Source: Candidatus Latescibacterota bacterium (GTDB lineage: Bacteria; Latescibacterota; CBDEFO01). From it: 64,000 nt of DNA. The translations under genes and the position numbers were made by a program. Location: NCBI GenBank assembly GCA_965248755.1, contig OZ252149.1, forward strand, positions 4,320,001-4,384,000, written 5' to 3'. A model generated the notes under the pieces. It ran no database searches. It was not told the origin of the DNA and worked only from the letters and a program-made list of their open reading frames with translations. Of this stretch, positions 9,011-19,346 are shown in pieces (position 1 is the stretch's first letter; each line of letters begins with the position of its first letter).

Positions 9011-10990
9011 TCAGAAGACCCCGAGGGAATTGTTCACCATTCCTGTACAATAATCTATAATAAGCCATGTCCCTGCCACGACCATCTGCCCCAGGATCAG
9101 ACCCAAGAAGAAGGGACGAGTTTTCCTGAATACTGTAGCACCGCCGTATTTGAGTATGACTACTTTGAATAGCCACGCTAAAAAGACGCTGAACCATTTG
9201 TGATTTATTATGGAGATACCGGTTAGTGTGTAGCCGATGGGATGGATAGGCCACCATATAAAGTGATAGCGGATAAAGGTCAGCAGGGCCATAATAAATG
9301 CTCCTATGCCTGTGGCTATCCAGCCTCCGATATTGGGGTTAACGGCTCCCTCCACTCTTTTAGCTATGTAATTGAACGGAGCTTTCGGAGCCCCGCCAAA
9401 AAACCACGAGTAGAGGTTGATTCCGCCTTCTTCGTATGCAAGGGTCATGACCATCCACATAGATCCTGCCAAACTCACAACGATGGATAGCATCATAGCC
9501 CAGAAGAGCGGTCTTCTCTTACCCCGGACCACATTGATCAACTTGAGGCCATTGGCGCACGAAGCCATAACGAACGTCCTCATCTCGCCGTGCCAGATGT
9601 ATGTATACGCCAGAGCCACTAATCCCGTCGGTCCCAAAGCGGAGGTTCCAAGCCCCGATACGACGAAGTCCGAACTGATCATGGGAGGCCACATATCGGG
9701 CATTCCTCCTTCTGCCACTATGCGGGTAAGCGCTATAAAGAGGACAAAGGCCCCGAACAAGAATATCGGGACAATCCAAAGGGGCATTCCCGAGGCCCAC
9801 AGCCACAAGCTCACAAAGAGTAATCCTCCGATCATCCCAAAGAGAGCTGTCCGGTAGGATAGAATCTCATCCGAATCGTCCACATTCGGATCGTTCTTAA
9901 GGGCTTTCCTGAGAACGCCTTTGAGGTGCTCCCGACCTGTCCACATCCCTAACATGACAAAGACTATCATAGCCCCCATGGTCTGATGGAGCATGTAAGG
10001 CGACCAGGAATGAGCATAAACGCTCATCTTTTCGGTGCTGTGGAAGCCAATCATATTGAATATTCCCTGTTCCGCGATGGCTAACAGGGAGAACGACCAA
10101 ATCGCTAGGGCGATGTCGCGGGGTATAAGGTAAACGAATCCGATGACATGAAAGATGGTGAAGAAATTAAATCGAATTGTGTTGCGAAACATCGACATAG
10201 AGGCCTCCAGGTTTACCCTTGGAATGAATGGGTAGTATCCGTGGAGCGCCGTTACGCTGCCTATGATGAAAGGGATGGCAAATCCAAGCCACATAATAGG
10301 ATTTTTAAAGAATGGCGCAAGATAACCGCTTTTGTCATCCCTTATCATCTCCATAGGTGTCTGAATAAGAGGATACGTCAGCCTTTCTCTCTCTACCCAC
10401 TGCCTCCTTAGGATCACCATCATGCATATCATCACAAAATAGAGGGCAATGGCAAACGAAGACCAGTACAAAAGGGGCCTAATCCATATTCCCCAGGGTA
10501 TGGCCTCTCCCCTGGGCAGACCTTCGTAGAAATACTTAATATACTCTGGATCACGGGGGGATATCCAATCGGGTATATATGGGTGAATCAAATTGACCCA
10601 ATCGTTCTCATGGGTGGCAAAGTAAAATACGCCGACGACGACAGGAAGGAGATGTTCGGTGAAGCCTACGGCTACGATAGAGGACGATACGATCATCATA
10701 ATGTAGATCGTGACCAATTCGGTGGCTTCGAACGCCATACCCCGTTTGACTATTTTCAAAAGGGTGTTTACTATACCTACGAAGATAAATAGAAGGAAAA
10801 GAGCTGCGCCGGTACCAAAGGTCCCAGCCATCCAGGAGCCTTTGATAAGAGCGTCGCTGTATGGGGCGGCAATGGATATAAAAAAGGAGAGCAGTGTACC
10901 TACAACAAAAGATCTGAAGGTGAAACGTCGAGGAGGCCTTTCCTGGTCAACGGCATAATCGGGACTGAATTCCTCAGTTGTTGTCGCCAT
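9011..10990 (-). CDS. Large polytopic membrane protein, probably DUF6785/DUF6784 family (putative transporter)
   Basis: ILRRQWVERERLTYPL, RIVAEGG, WWPIHPIGY, KYGG-RPFFLGLILG; many TM segments; family call from memory of motifs. Confidence 0.65.
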   Translation of the reverse strand: MATTTEEFSPDYAVDQERPPRRFTFRSFVVGTLLSFFISIAAPYSDALIKGSWMAGTFGTGAALFLLFIFVGIVNTLLKIVKRGMAFEATELVTIYIMMIVSSSIVAVGFTEHLLPVVVGVFYFATHENDWVNLIHPYIPDWISPRDPEYIKYFYEGLPRGEAIPWGIWIRPLLYWSSFAIALYFVMICMMVILRRQWVERERLTYPLIQTPMEMIRDDKSGYLAPFFKNPIMWLGFAIPFIIGSVTALHGYYPFIPRVNLEASMSMFRNTIRFNFFTIFHVIGFVYLIPRDIALAIWSFSLLAIAEQGIFNMIGFHSTEKMSVYAHSWSPYMLHQTMGAMIVFVMLGMWTGREHLKGVLRKALKNDPNVDDSDEILSYRTALFGMIGGLLFVSLWLWASGMPLWIVPIFLFGAFVLFIALTRIVAEGGMPDMWPPMISSDFVVSGLGTSALGPTGLVALAYTYIWHGEMRTFVMASCANGLKLINVVRGKRRPLFWAMMLSIVVSLAGSMWMVMTLAYEEGGINLYSWFFGGAPKAPFNYIAKRVEGAVNPNIGGWIATGIGAFIMALLTFIRYHFIWWPIHPIGYTLTGISIINHKWFSVFLAWLFKVVILKYGGATVFRKTRPFFLGLILGQMVVAGTWLIIDYCTGMVNNSLGVF

Positions 10991-11158
10991 AAATTGAAAA
11001 GGGTCCTTACACTCTTATGTGGTATGTAGGCCATTATGGAACGGATCAAACAGCGTACTGATATGAAATCATACCGACAGCTCTGGGGGTCCTAAGTCTA
11101 ATAATATTTCACCTGGATGTCAAGTCATTTTGCTCTCCACCTCTGGAAAAGTGGCATA

Positions 11159-11524
11159 TCATACAATTGATAAATCCAAGTCTATGATCTCGGCAATGAG
11201 CCTGACGTCCTCTATCACGTCTCTATGAGATACGGCCGTTGTGACCTCTGGATTCCTGGGGCGTTGGAGGACAGTGTGGTTCTCCTGCCTGACATCGACA
11301 ACCACTATCACGAACTTTACCTCCGTGTGGCACAGACCCCCATTCAATACAGGACTCTCTCTGCTCATGCCTTCTATAGCTCTTGCAAATTGCGCCTTCA
11401 GATCGTCGCAGGTCTTATCGTCGTAGATACCTGATATTGAGAAAGATCCTCTCAGAATGGCACAATCTGTTCTTGGATCAGCATATCTATCATCTTGCTT
11501 CCTGTCCATCTGCGAGGAATGCAA
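11159..11524 (-). pseudogene. Possible degraded C-terminal fragment of a sugar-isomerase-like gene
   Basis: Ends GLCHTEV...AVSHRDVIEDVRLIAEIIDL, loosely like L-fucose/arabinose isomerase-like C-termini; no credible start. Confidence 0.25.
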
Positions 11525-11778
11525 GTCGTTTCAGGAGGAATGCTGATTTTTCTGGATAGAGATACACGATATCTAAAAGTTGTCAATACTTTTTAGGGGT
11601 CTGGCCTCTCCAGACTGTTGTGACAGGCTCTCTCGAAATCGTATTAAGGGCTATGGAAGGTTGATAAAACCACAATAGAAACCCTTCATGCAGGGGGTCT
11701 GAACCAAGAATGCAAGGGAAAACTCCGACCTATCCCCTCAGATCCTAAATAGTGCGGGGAGATTGGCTTGAAAAAGGG

Positions 11779-11807
11779 TTGACATCGACCCCAGTTTTTG
11801 GTATCTT
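11779..11807 (+). promoter_or_regulatory. Sigma70-type promoter of the AKR locus
   Basis: TTGACA-17 nt-TATCTT with TGn extension, about 50 nt upstream of the ATG. Confidence 0.6.
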
Positions 11808-11857
11808 AGCCTTCCGTTGGTTGTCACAGTATAAACCCCAAATAAAAGGGGACTGAT

Positions 11858-13003
11858 ATGAAGTCTATTCGATCTTCTAATCATAGATCGCAGTCAACGA
11901 AGGTCACAGAACTCACCCGCCGTGAATTTATCCACAAGATGAGTGCTGCTGCTTTAGGGGCTGGAGCATTGTTAACCCCTGTTGCTGCCAGTTCCGGCTC
12001 TACGACTGCTTCAGGGGACATGAAATATAGAACAGTGGGTAAGACGGGAATCCGCGTCTCTGAGATAGGCTTTGGATCTCATGTCGCACGGGAAAATATG
12101 AATGATCCCCAGGCCAGAGAAGCTCAGATTAGAAAAGGCTTAGAGCTAGGCATTAACCTCTTTGACATCTACAAGCACGGTTATCATCAGTTTGATCTGA
12201 TGAGCAAGGTGTTGGGCCCGGTGCGACAGGATGTTGTGATATCTCTTGTTACGGTCCAGTCCGACGTCCGAAAGGAGGTAGAATTTGCCCTGACAACCTT
12301 CAACACCGATTACATTGATCTGTATCGCATGAACGCGTCCGGGATTAAGTCCAAGAGCGCAATAGAGACCACTTTAGGGACTCTGCAGCAGGCCAAGGAG
12401 GAGGGTAAGATACGGGCGATCGGGATAGTGAACCACGATCAGGCAAAGTTGGTGGAGATGCTTCATACCTATCCAGAATTGGACTATCTGTTGTTTGCGT
12501 ATAACTTCCGGCATCAGAGACTCTCTCCTGCCACCTCCGTCCAGGCCGCCTCCGGAGGACAGATCAGGTCTGGAGTGTCTGCTGCCTCATCACCGAAAAC
12601 CGCTGGACAAACTGTCGACTGCGCGATCGTGCCTTGCCCGGATCCAGCGTTTCCCGCTTTGGTCAGAGAAACCGGCGTGGGACTCATAGCGATCAAGCCC
12701 TTTGCCGGAGGAGCTTTGCTGAAATTGCAACCCTCCGATTCCCTCTTGGCGGAGCTGAAGGGCGTCGAGGCAAGTCTCCCTCAGGCGGCATTGAGGTTTA
12801 TCTTGGGGGCCAAGGAGATTTCCAGCACGATCCCAGCGATGAATTCTATAGATGAGGTTGTGGAGAACGTAGGAGCGACGCAGTGTGGTGGGCTAGGTGA
12901 GTCGGAGATTCGACTTCTGCAGATCTATGCTCAAGCAGCAGAGGAGAGCCAGGGAGACTACTTGCCGGAGAAGTATAAGTGGCTTGAAGAGTGGACGGCA
13001 TAA
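11858..13003 (+). CDS. Tat-signal aldo/keto reductase-family protein
   Basis: TRREFI twin-arginine motif plus hydrophobic stretch; GKTGIRVSEIGFG, DYIDLY, GKIRAIGI, IAIKPFAGG, IPAMNS-ENV. Confidence 0.85.
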   Translation: MKSIRSSNHRSQSTKVTELTRREFIHKMSAAALGAGALLTPVAASSGSTTASGDMKYRTVGKTGIRVSEIGFGSHVARENMNDPQAREAQIRKGLELGINLFDIYKHGYHQFDLMSKVLGPVRQDVVISLVTVQSDVRKEVEFALTTFNTDYIDLYRMNASGIKSKSAIETTLGTLQQAKEEGKIRAIGIVNHDQAKLVEMLHTYPELDYLLFAYNFRHQRLSPATSVQAASGGQIRSGVSAASSPKTAGQTVDCAIVPCPDPAFPALVRETGVGLIAIKPFAGGALLKLQPSDSLLAELKGVEASLPQAALRFILGAKEISSTIPAMNSIDEVVENVGATQCGGLGESEIRLLQIYAQAAEESQGDYLPEKYKWLEEWTA

Positions 13004-13088
13004 GGTTTCCGCACCTGCAGGATGTTCTCTTTGAGTGCACGAGGAAAGTCCCCTTCAAATGTGTCAGTGGGAATAGGATAAGAATCCC

Positions 13089-13634
13089 TTGTACAAGATT
13101 ATCGCTATATTGCTGATCCTAGGGGGCCTTTTCATCCTTGCGACTATAGGGAGCTTTTCTGACAGGGACATCACTCCGGATGCGGTCACCATGGCCACCA
13201 CGCACAATCTCTGGACAGGCGATGTTGCCTCACTCACCGATGGGCGTACGCCCGACATTGACCCAGGCGCTGCAGCTTTCGAGTGGGACTGGATCGGCTT
13301 GTTGGCTGTATCGTGGCCTGACACTGTACGCCTTGCGACTATCCGTGTCTATATCGGAACGATGGACCAATACAAAGTGTTCGGCTATTTAGGCGGGGGC
13401 TTCACCCAAGAGGGCTTTCGCGTAGATGTCGAGAAGTCGGTCTACGGACACGAGGGGGTTGTGCCCGCTGGAGTCACCGGCTGGTACGAAATCACCTGTT
13501 CACCGGAATTTGCCATCGATAACATCAGCTTCCAGGTTGTCGGCGGCGCTGTCATTTATGAAATAGAGTTCCTCAGACCGGAGAACACTGCCATCTGGCC
13601 TATCAACTTCTGGGGCATCAAGAAATTCTTCTGA
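13089..13634 (+). CDS. Secreted hypothetical protein with C-terminal TA-x-WGIKKFF tail
   Basis: N-terminal hydrophobic signal, beta-rich body, short aromatic/basic tail. Confidence 0.7.
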   Translation: MYKIIAILLILGGLFILATIGSFSDRDITPDAVTMATTHNLWTGDVASLTDGRTPDIDPGAAAFEWDWIGLLAVSWPDTVRLATIRVYIGTMDQYKVFGYLGGGFTQEGFRVDVEKSVYGHEGVVPAGVTGWYEITCSPEFAIDNISFQVVGGAVIYEIEFLRPENTAIWPINFWGIKKFF

Positions 13635-13965
13635 AAGGCAAGTGAAGTTATTGATCACAACTTTATATGAAGAATGAAAAGGATAGCATGCCGTGTAACA
13701 TTGCCTCTATGCCTTTTCCCTGCAACATATTAAGCGACTTAGCGTAACATCGTCATTGCCGCACGCATGTAGACAAGGGCGTGTGCAATTCCTGCATAGA
13801 ACCCTAATCCGAGTTTCCTCACAGCTATCCTCCATAAACAAGTAGGCATCGAACAGCGGACGAGGCAATCCAGGTGGGATCGTTTCGCCCAATTGTGGCT
13901 TGCTGACCGGGAATACGGCCACGGTGACTGGCAATTACGCTTCAGGGAGGATGGGCGGTGCCCCC

Positions 13966-13990
13966 GTCTACTGTCTACTGTCTACTGTCT
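13966..13990. repeat. Heptamer tandem repeat (GTCTACT) x ~3.5 overlapping the 3' end of the RraA-family gene
   Basis: gtctactgtctactgtctactgtct; same unit recurs at 26591-26630, 28564-28618, 32589-32675. Confidence 0.75.
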
Positions 13991-14717
13991 TTAGCCACTC
14001 CTCGTACTCCTTTTTGCCCTCTTCGTTTAGAGGGTAGTATTTTTCCACGTCCCCTGTCTCCTGGAGTTTTATCCTCTCGAAGATCTCACGTGTCTCCCGG
14101 GTGCGGCAGTATTCGATAACGTCAGGTGCAACTTTCGGAGGGATTACGACTACACCGTCGTCATCTCCGACTATAATGTCCCCCGGCATAACCAATACAC
14201 CGCCGCAACCGATCGGTTCGTTGTAGTCCCAGGGATACATCTCAAAGTGACCGGCGTTGTGCGGCGTTGCTCCCCTTAAAAAGAGGGGAAGTCCCAACTT
14301 CTTGGCGTGCGGAGTATCGCGGACGCACCCGTCAACTACCAGTCCTTTTGAGCCTTTTGCATGGATAGAGGTCATCAACATGTCACCCAGACATCCGGTC
14401 TGCATATTGGCGCGGGTGTCCACTACAAGCACATCCCCTTCCTGAACAGCTATTACCGCGGCCCAAAGCGCGGAACTTACCTCCTGTTCCTCCTCGGCGC
14501 GTCCTTTGATAATGTCCTCTCGTTTAGGCAGAAAGCTTAACGTAACGGCCGTGCCGACGGCCCTAAGCCCCGGTGTGAAGGCCACGGGTCCCACCATAAA
14601 GGCCCTGAGAATCCCGCATCTTTCGCGCAGAGCAGAGCTAATGGTCGCAGTACCGAAATCCCAGAATGGCTCGATAAGTTCTCTTGGTGGACGATCGATC
14701 TCTTTGAGTTTTACCAT
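13968..14717 (-). CDS. RraA family / HMG aldolase-like protein
   Basis: VGTAVT, GDVLVVD, GLVVDGCVRD, V-PGDIIVGDDDGVVVIP. Confidence 0.88.
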   Translation of the reverse strand: MVKLKEIDRPPRELIEPFWDFGTATISSALRERCGILRAFMVGPVAFTPGLRAVGTAVTLSFLPKREDIIKGRAEEEQEVSSALWAAVIAVQEGDVLVVDTRANMQTGCLGDMLMTSIHAKGSKGLVVDGCVRDTPHAKKLGLPLFLRGATPHNAGHFEMYPWDYNEPIGCGGVLVMPGDIIVGDDDGVVVIPPKVAPDVIEYCRTRETREIFERIKLQETGDVEKYYPLNEEGKKEYEEWLKTVDSRQ

Positions 14718-14734
14718 ATCGTATCTCCTGACAA

Positions 14735-14785
14735 GTCCCTGATTGAGTCTACCCCCGATTGAATCTATTGGGGGGGATCGGGGAC
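14735..14785. repeat. Nested pair of CCCCGATTGAATCTA-GGGG elements (copies 3 and 4)
   Basis: gtccctgattgagtct-a[cccccgattgaatctattggggggg]atcggggac. Confidence 0.75.
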
Positions 14786-14794
14786 AAGAATAAG

Positions 14795-16276
14795 TTACCC
14801 CAATGTTGAGGGATACGGACCGTATTCGACTACGATTTCCACATCTTCAATTATCACTCCTCCTTTGAACCCATCGGGTCTCCTATCCAGTGACACCTCT
14901 AACAGGTTCTCACCCTTGTGCGGACGTTCCCCTTCCAGGCGGAATTCCAACCACTGGCCGGCGTACGGAACATTACTATCTGTGATCTTATGTGTTCCAC
15001 CGAAGGTGCGCGTGCAAGTCTCTTCGGACAGAGACCTCCCGTTCAGCAGGATCGCAAGGTTGTCCGCCGTCACCAGATTACTGACGTTGATCCTAAGTCG
15101 TACTTCACGCACGCGATCAGAAGAACCTTGTATATCATCTGATACATAGAAGGGGATCTCATAGCTTATGTTCGGGTCAGCAGACGGGATTTCAATCGGA
15201 AGTGCCGCATCGTAGACAAGCCCGAGGTCTACCACATTTTCGCACCGCCTCGCCAAAACGTAGTGCTTTTTCCCTGCTTTTGATAGTTCTGGATCGCCTA
15301 TCTCCGTGAGAATTCTACGCTCTGCATCTCTTAATGGCCACTTCAAAAACCAGGTGTAGAGTCCATCGACGCCGCGATCCCAGAAGTTTCCCGCAGCAGC
15401 ACGCATCATCTCAGGCGTGGCATAGTTTCTCAGATGAGATCCTACGCTCTCGTCTTCTGACCAGGGTTGAAGCACTGGGTAGACAGATACTCTGTCGTTT
15501 TGATGAGCCAATTGAATGAGCCAATCGATGGGCATGTCAGGGTCGAGTATAAAGTAGCCGTACAAAAGCGGCACCACAAAGTCAACGATTCCCTCCTCAA
15601 ACCACGTGCGTACATCTAACCCCGCCTCAAGACACATCTTTTCGGTGGGGAATACTCGAGCGCCGATCTGACCGGGGTTGCCGGGCCTGTTCCGGACCAT
15701 TTGGGAGATCTTACCGACGTACTCTGTCATCAATGGAGTTTGCTTTTCCACTTCGTCGGGCTTGAAGAAGAACGGGGGATAGCCGAAGTCGAGCTCTATC
15801 CCCTCTACAGAATACTCTGTGGCCAGCTCCTCAAGGACTGCAAACTGATGATCGCGCGCCTCTGGATGAGCTAGATTGAGACAGCCCTCCATCGGTCCGG
15901 GCACACCGATCTGATAGCTCGAATCAGTTCCGCTGAAGGATCCCATACGCAGGCTAGCAAAAAAGTCTAAACCTGCCTCGTGCGCCCTGTCGATTAGTAC
16001 AGTCAGTGGGTTGAGACCCCTGTCAATCAGGCTCTGCATATTCTTCCGCGCACGCCAAGCATACGCGAATGGACTTGGATCTCCACCCCATTGTTGTCCG
16101 ATCTTGGAGGGGTAGAAGAGTCCGCCGCTTGAGACGCCGTAGATGAACGTGTCAACGGCGGTGCCGGCGACCTCATCTATCGGCCTCCAGGCATCCTCCA
16201 ACTTCATGGGCGGCTCGAAGGCGTACAGGTAGTAATGTCGCGCATCATTAAAGTAGATCGTTCGACGTCGTCTCAT
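14795..16276 (-). CDS. Putative glycoside hydrolase-like TIM-barrel protein (GHL10-like)
   Basis: IYFNDA, IDRAHEAGLDFFASLRM, LNLAHPEAR, Y-VEGIELDF, GVDGLY. Confidence 0.6.
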   Translation of the reverse strand: MRRRRTIYFNDARHYYLYAFEPPMKLEDAWRPIDEVAGTAVDTFIYGVSSGGLFYPSKIGQQWGGDPSPFAYAWRARKNMQSLIDRGLNPLTVLIDRAHEAGLDFFASLRMGSFSGTDSSYQIGVPGPMEGCLNLAHPEARDHQFAVLEELATEYSVEGIELDFGYPPFFFKPDEVEKQTPLMTEYVGKISQMVRNRPGNPGQIGARVFPTEKMCLEAGLDVRTWFEEGIVDFVVPLLYGYFILDPDMPIDWLIQLAHQNDRVSVYPVLQPWSEDESVGSHLRNYATPEMMRAAAGNFWDRGVDGLYTWFLKWPLRDAERRILTEIGDPELSKAGKKHYVLARRCENVVDLGLVYDAALPIEIPSADPNISYEIPFYVSDDIQGSSDRVREVRLRINVSNLVTADNLAILLNGRSLSEETCTRTFGGTHKITDSNVPYAGQWLEFRLEGERPHKGENLLEVSLDRRPDGFKGGVIIEDVEIVVEYGPYPSTLG

Positions 16277-16298
16277 GGGTAGTCTCCTTACTTAAGTT

Positions 16299-16342
16299 TT
16301 AATCTGTTCATGAGTCTTAATCTGTTCATGAGTCTTAATCTG
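16299..16342. repeat. 18-bp tandem repeat (x2.4) just upstream of the GH-like gene
   Basis: ttaatctgttcatgagtc ttaatctgttcatgagtc ttaatctg. Confidence 0.8.
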
Positions 16343-16457
16343 ATAAGACGGGAGTTATCCGATCATGTAGAACGCCTAACTGACAAACTCCATTATCGTT
16401 TTGGCGGTTTGGAGATGACCAGTCATGCTATAAGAGAAGATCATCTTTCCTCTGCTA

Positions 16458-17228
16458 CTATATAATGCCAGATCCTAAACTGAGTGCAATTACCGAAAGC
16501 ATCACTGCTACAATGACCTGGATCGAACGCATTGTAACCTTTTTGACTAACCGATTTCCAATGTATGCTCCCAAGAATGCAGATAGAATAGCTGCGCTTA
16601 AGAGCGCATTATGGCCTGCGCCTGACAGTGAAAAATGAGAACTATAGATGGAGATTCGGGCGACATCCACCAGACAGGCTATCACAACGCCTGTAGCGAT
16701 GAAACCTTCTTTTGTTAGACCGCACTTGATAAGAAAAGCACTTCGCAGTGCCCCTTGATGTCCTGAAAGGCCTCCGAAAAAACCGCTCAAAATCCCTCCA
16801 ACAGGGAGATAATTCTTCTCAAATGATATATTTTCAAATCTCGGCAGCACTTCCAAGAGCGCAAAGAATATCATCAAAATCGCAACGATAAGTTTCACAG
16901 GCATAATTTGAAGGTGATGGTCTAATAGTTCGTATCTGATCAACGGCTGCAAATCCGAAAGCCACAGTAGACCCCGCGCCCCCAAGAGGGCCGCCAATAT
17001 AGCGGGTAAGCCGAACCGGAATACTGTGGTCTTGTCGGCGTGTTTGCCCAACAGTACAACTTTAAACAGATTGTTGAAGAGGTGCACCACAGCTGTAAAG
17101 GAAACAGCCACATCTATGGGAAAGAATATCGCAAATAGAGGCATCAAAAGGGTGCCCAATCCGAAGCCGGAAAAAAGGGTCAATCCTGAGGCAATGACCG
17201 CACCGACGCAGATTATGAGATATTCCAT
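16458..17228 (-). CDS. TSUP / TauE-SafE family permease
   Basis: LTLFSGFGLGTLLMP, GFFGGLSGHQGALRS. Confidence 0.85.
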   Translation of the reverse strand: MEYLIICVGAVIASGLTLFSGFGLGTLLMPLFAIFFPIDVAVSFTAVVHLFNNLFKVVLLGKHADKTTVFRFGLPAILAALLGARGLLWLSDLQPLIRYELLDHHLQIMPVKLIVAILMIFFALLEVLPRFENISFEKNYLPVGGILSGFFGGLSGHQGALRSAFLIKCGLTKEGFIATGVVIACLVDVARISIYSSHFSLSGAGHNALLSAAILSAFLGAYIGNRLVKKVTMRSIQVIVAVMLSVIALSLGSGII

Positions 17229-18163
17229 AATGATTTGAAGACCTTGTGCGGTCTTAAACCCCGCAGTTCCTTTTTAAGCTGGTTCGGCGTCATTATTCCC
17301 TTTTCTGTAACCACGCCCTTTATATATTCCAAAGGGGTCAAGTCAAAGTAGTAGTTTACGGCCGTGACGTTGTGGATATATTCCGTTAGAATTTCGGCAG
17401 AATCTTGCAACTCTTGAAATTGAAGTGGATAGTCTGCTGGCAGGAGTTTCTCCGAACCGGAGAGCACATAGACGTCAATTGCCAACTCCTTAGCCGCCAA
17501 GGCCAAACACAGAGTGCCGATTTTGTTGACCAGCCCTTTGGGCGACAGGGAATCTGCCCCGATGAGCACTATCTGGGCCTGTGGCAACCAGGAGCAGACC
17601 GCAGCGTCAATTACAAGCTTAACTCTAATACCCTCACCACCTAACTTCGCGGCCAGATTTACGCCCTCGTTGATGGGTCAAGATTCTGTGCAGATAACGT
17701 CGAATCGCACCCCTTTTGCTTTTGCTAAAAGGAGCGACTTAAGGACTGTGGAACTGTACGAATGGGTTATTATGGTTGTATCGTTCTGTATTAGTTGCAG
17801 GGTGACATCAGCGATCGCTCGTCCAGCACTTTTCAACTGATTGGTGAAATCGCGACAGGAAGCGCGCAATACTTGCCTGATTTCCTCTGTCTTGCACACT
17901 TTATCAATGTCGCACAGGGTTCTATTTGCAAGATTGAAAATAGACGCCATAGCAGGTTGTGCCGCTGCCAGGGCTTTTGCCGCAGTCCCTATACTGTCAG
18001 TAAGTTGGCGAGCTGACGGGTTAGCGAAATTTTCAGTCAGGAGGGTCAGCGTCTCGGCAGCTTTTATCGATAGCTCCACAGCTCCGCTAGTGTTATCTGA
18101 TCTTATTTCCTCAATCCCCGATAGAATCAATCTTTGGTCTTCAATCTCTTTGGGCAGTTTCAT
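17213..18163 (-). pseudogene. eIF-2B-like / ribose-1,5-bisphosphate isomerase-family gene with an in-frame TGA at 17678-17680
   Basis: ORFs 17678-18163 and 17213-17587 are one frame: DNTSGA, THSYSSTV, ICTES*PINEG (family motif ESRP), GADS, NKIGT, N-YFDLTP. Confidence 0.85.
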
Positions 18164-18191
18164 CGGCAGGTTCCCTGTGTTCTTGACGGAG

Positions 18192-19346
18192 TCAACGTTC
18201 GACCTTGTAGCTGATACGGTAAATTACGTCCGCTTGATCGTCTGAGACCAAGAGCGCCCCGTCCGGCATAACGAGCGCATCCACAGGGCGTCCCCATGCC
18301 CGGCCGTCTTGCAACCAGCCATCTGCAAAGACTTCGTATTTAACCGCTTGGTTGTCTACAACTTGTACGAGTGTTACGCGATATCCGATCCGAGTGCTGC
18401 GGTTCCAGGAGCCGTGTTCGGCGATAAAGATCTGGTTTCGGTACTTGTCCGGGAACATCGTGCCTGTGTAAAAGCGCATGCCGAGTGAAGCCACATGTGG
18501 CCCGAGTTTCATCGCAGGCGGTATAAATTCCTCGCATTTTCGCTTGTGGCCGAACTCCGGATCGGTAATATATCCTCCGTGACAGTAGGGGAAACCGAAA
18601 TGGAGACCACTCTGCGGCGCACGGTTCAATTCATCCGGAGGAAGATCGTCACCTAACCAGTCGCGCCCGTTATCAGTGAACCAGAGCTCCTGCGTCTGGG
18701 GATGCCAATCGAATCCCACTGAGTTGCGAACGCCGTGGGCGAAGATCTCCAAGCCTGTGCCATCGGGATGCATCCGCATAATGGAGGCGTAGCGGCTATC
18801 CTCGCTCTCACAGACATTGCACGGTGCCCCGACCGGTACGTAGAGCATCCCATCTGGACCGAAGCGGATGAACTTCCAGCCGTGACTCCGATCTCTTGGG
18901 AAAGTGTCGTCCACTACCAGGGGTCTTGGGGGGTCTTTTATATGCGCTTCGATATTACCGTATCGAAGGACGCGGTTTACCTCGGCAACATAGAGTGCAC
19001 CGTTTCGAAACGCCACGCCATTTGGCATATTCAACCCCTGCGCGATTGTGATGACCTCGTCGGCTCTGCTGTCCTTGTTAGTGTCCAGAATGGCGTAGAC
19101 GTTCCCCGCTCCTTGTGTTCCGACGAATAGAACTCCGCTTTGGCTCAGCGACATCGAACGGGCGTTCTCCACGTTGCTCGCATAGATGCTGATCTGGAAC
19201 CCCGGCGGCAGTTTGATTTTACCGAGCGGCAACTCCTGATCGCCGCAAGCGGGCAAGCAGAGGAGTGTGAAAGTCAAAAAGAGCAGACAGAGGACAGCCA
19301 TTGAGCATTTAGGAACGTTATGCTTGGTAAATTTCATCACCTCCAA
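18192..19346 (-). CDS. Glucose/sorbosone dehydrogenase-family beta-propeller lipoprotein
   Basis: Lipobox [41 protein letters not shown]. Confidence 0.88.
   Translation of the reverse strand: MEVMKFTKHNVPKCSMAVLCLLFLTFTLLCLPACGDQELPLGKIKLPPGFQISIYASNVENARSMSLSQSGVLFVGTQGAGNVYAILDTNKDSRADEVITIAQGLNMPNGVAFRNGALYVAEVNRVLRYGNIEAHIKDPPRPLVVDDTFPRDRSHGWKFIRFGPDGMLYVPVGAPCNVCESEDSRYASIMRMHPDGTGLEIFAHGVRNSVGFDWHPQTQELWFTDNGRDWLGDDLPPDELNRAPQSGLHFGFPYCHGGYITDPEFGHKRKCEEFIPPAMKLGPHVASLGMRFYTGTMFPDKYRNQIFIAEHGSWNRSTRIGYRVTLVQVVDNQAVKYEVFADGWLQDGRAWGRPVDALVMPDGALLVSDDQADVIYRISYKVER

Noticed and set aside
17678..17680. Selenocysteine in the eIF-2B-like gene
   Set aside because: The position is the conserved Arg of ESRP, not a Cys; CGA>TGA is simpler
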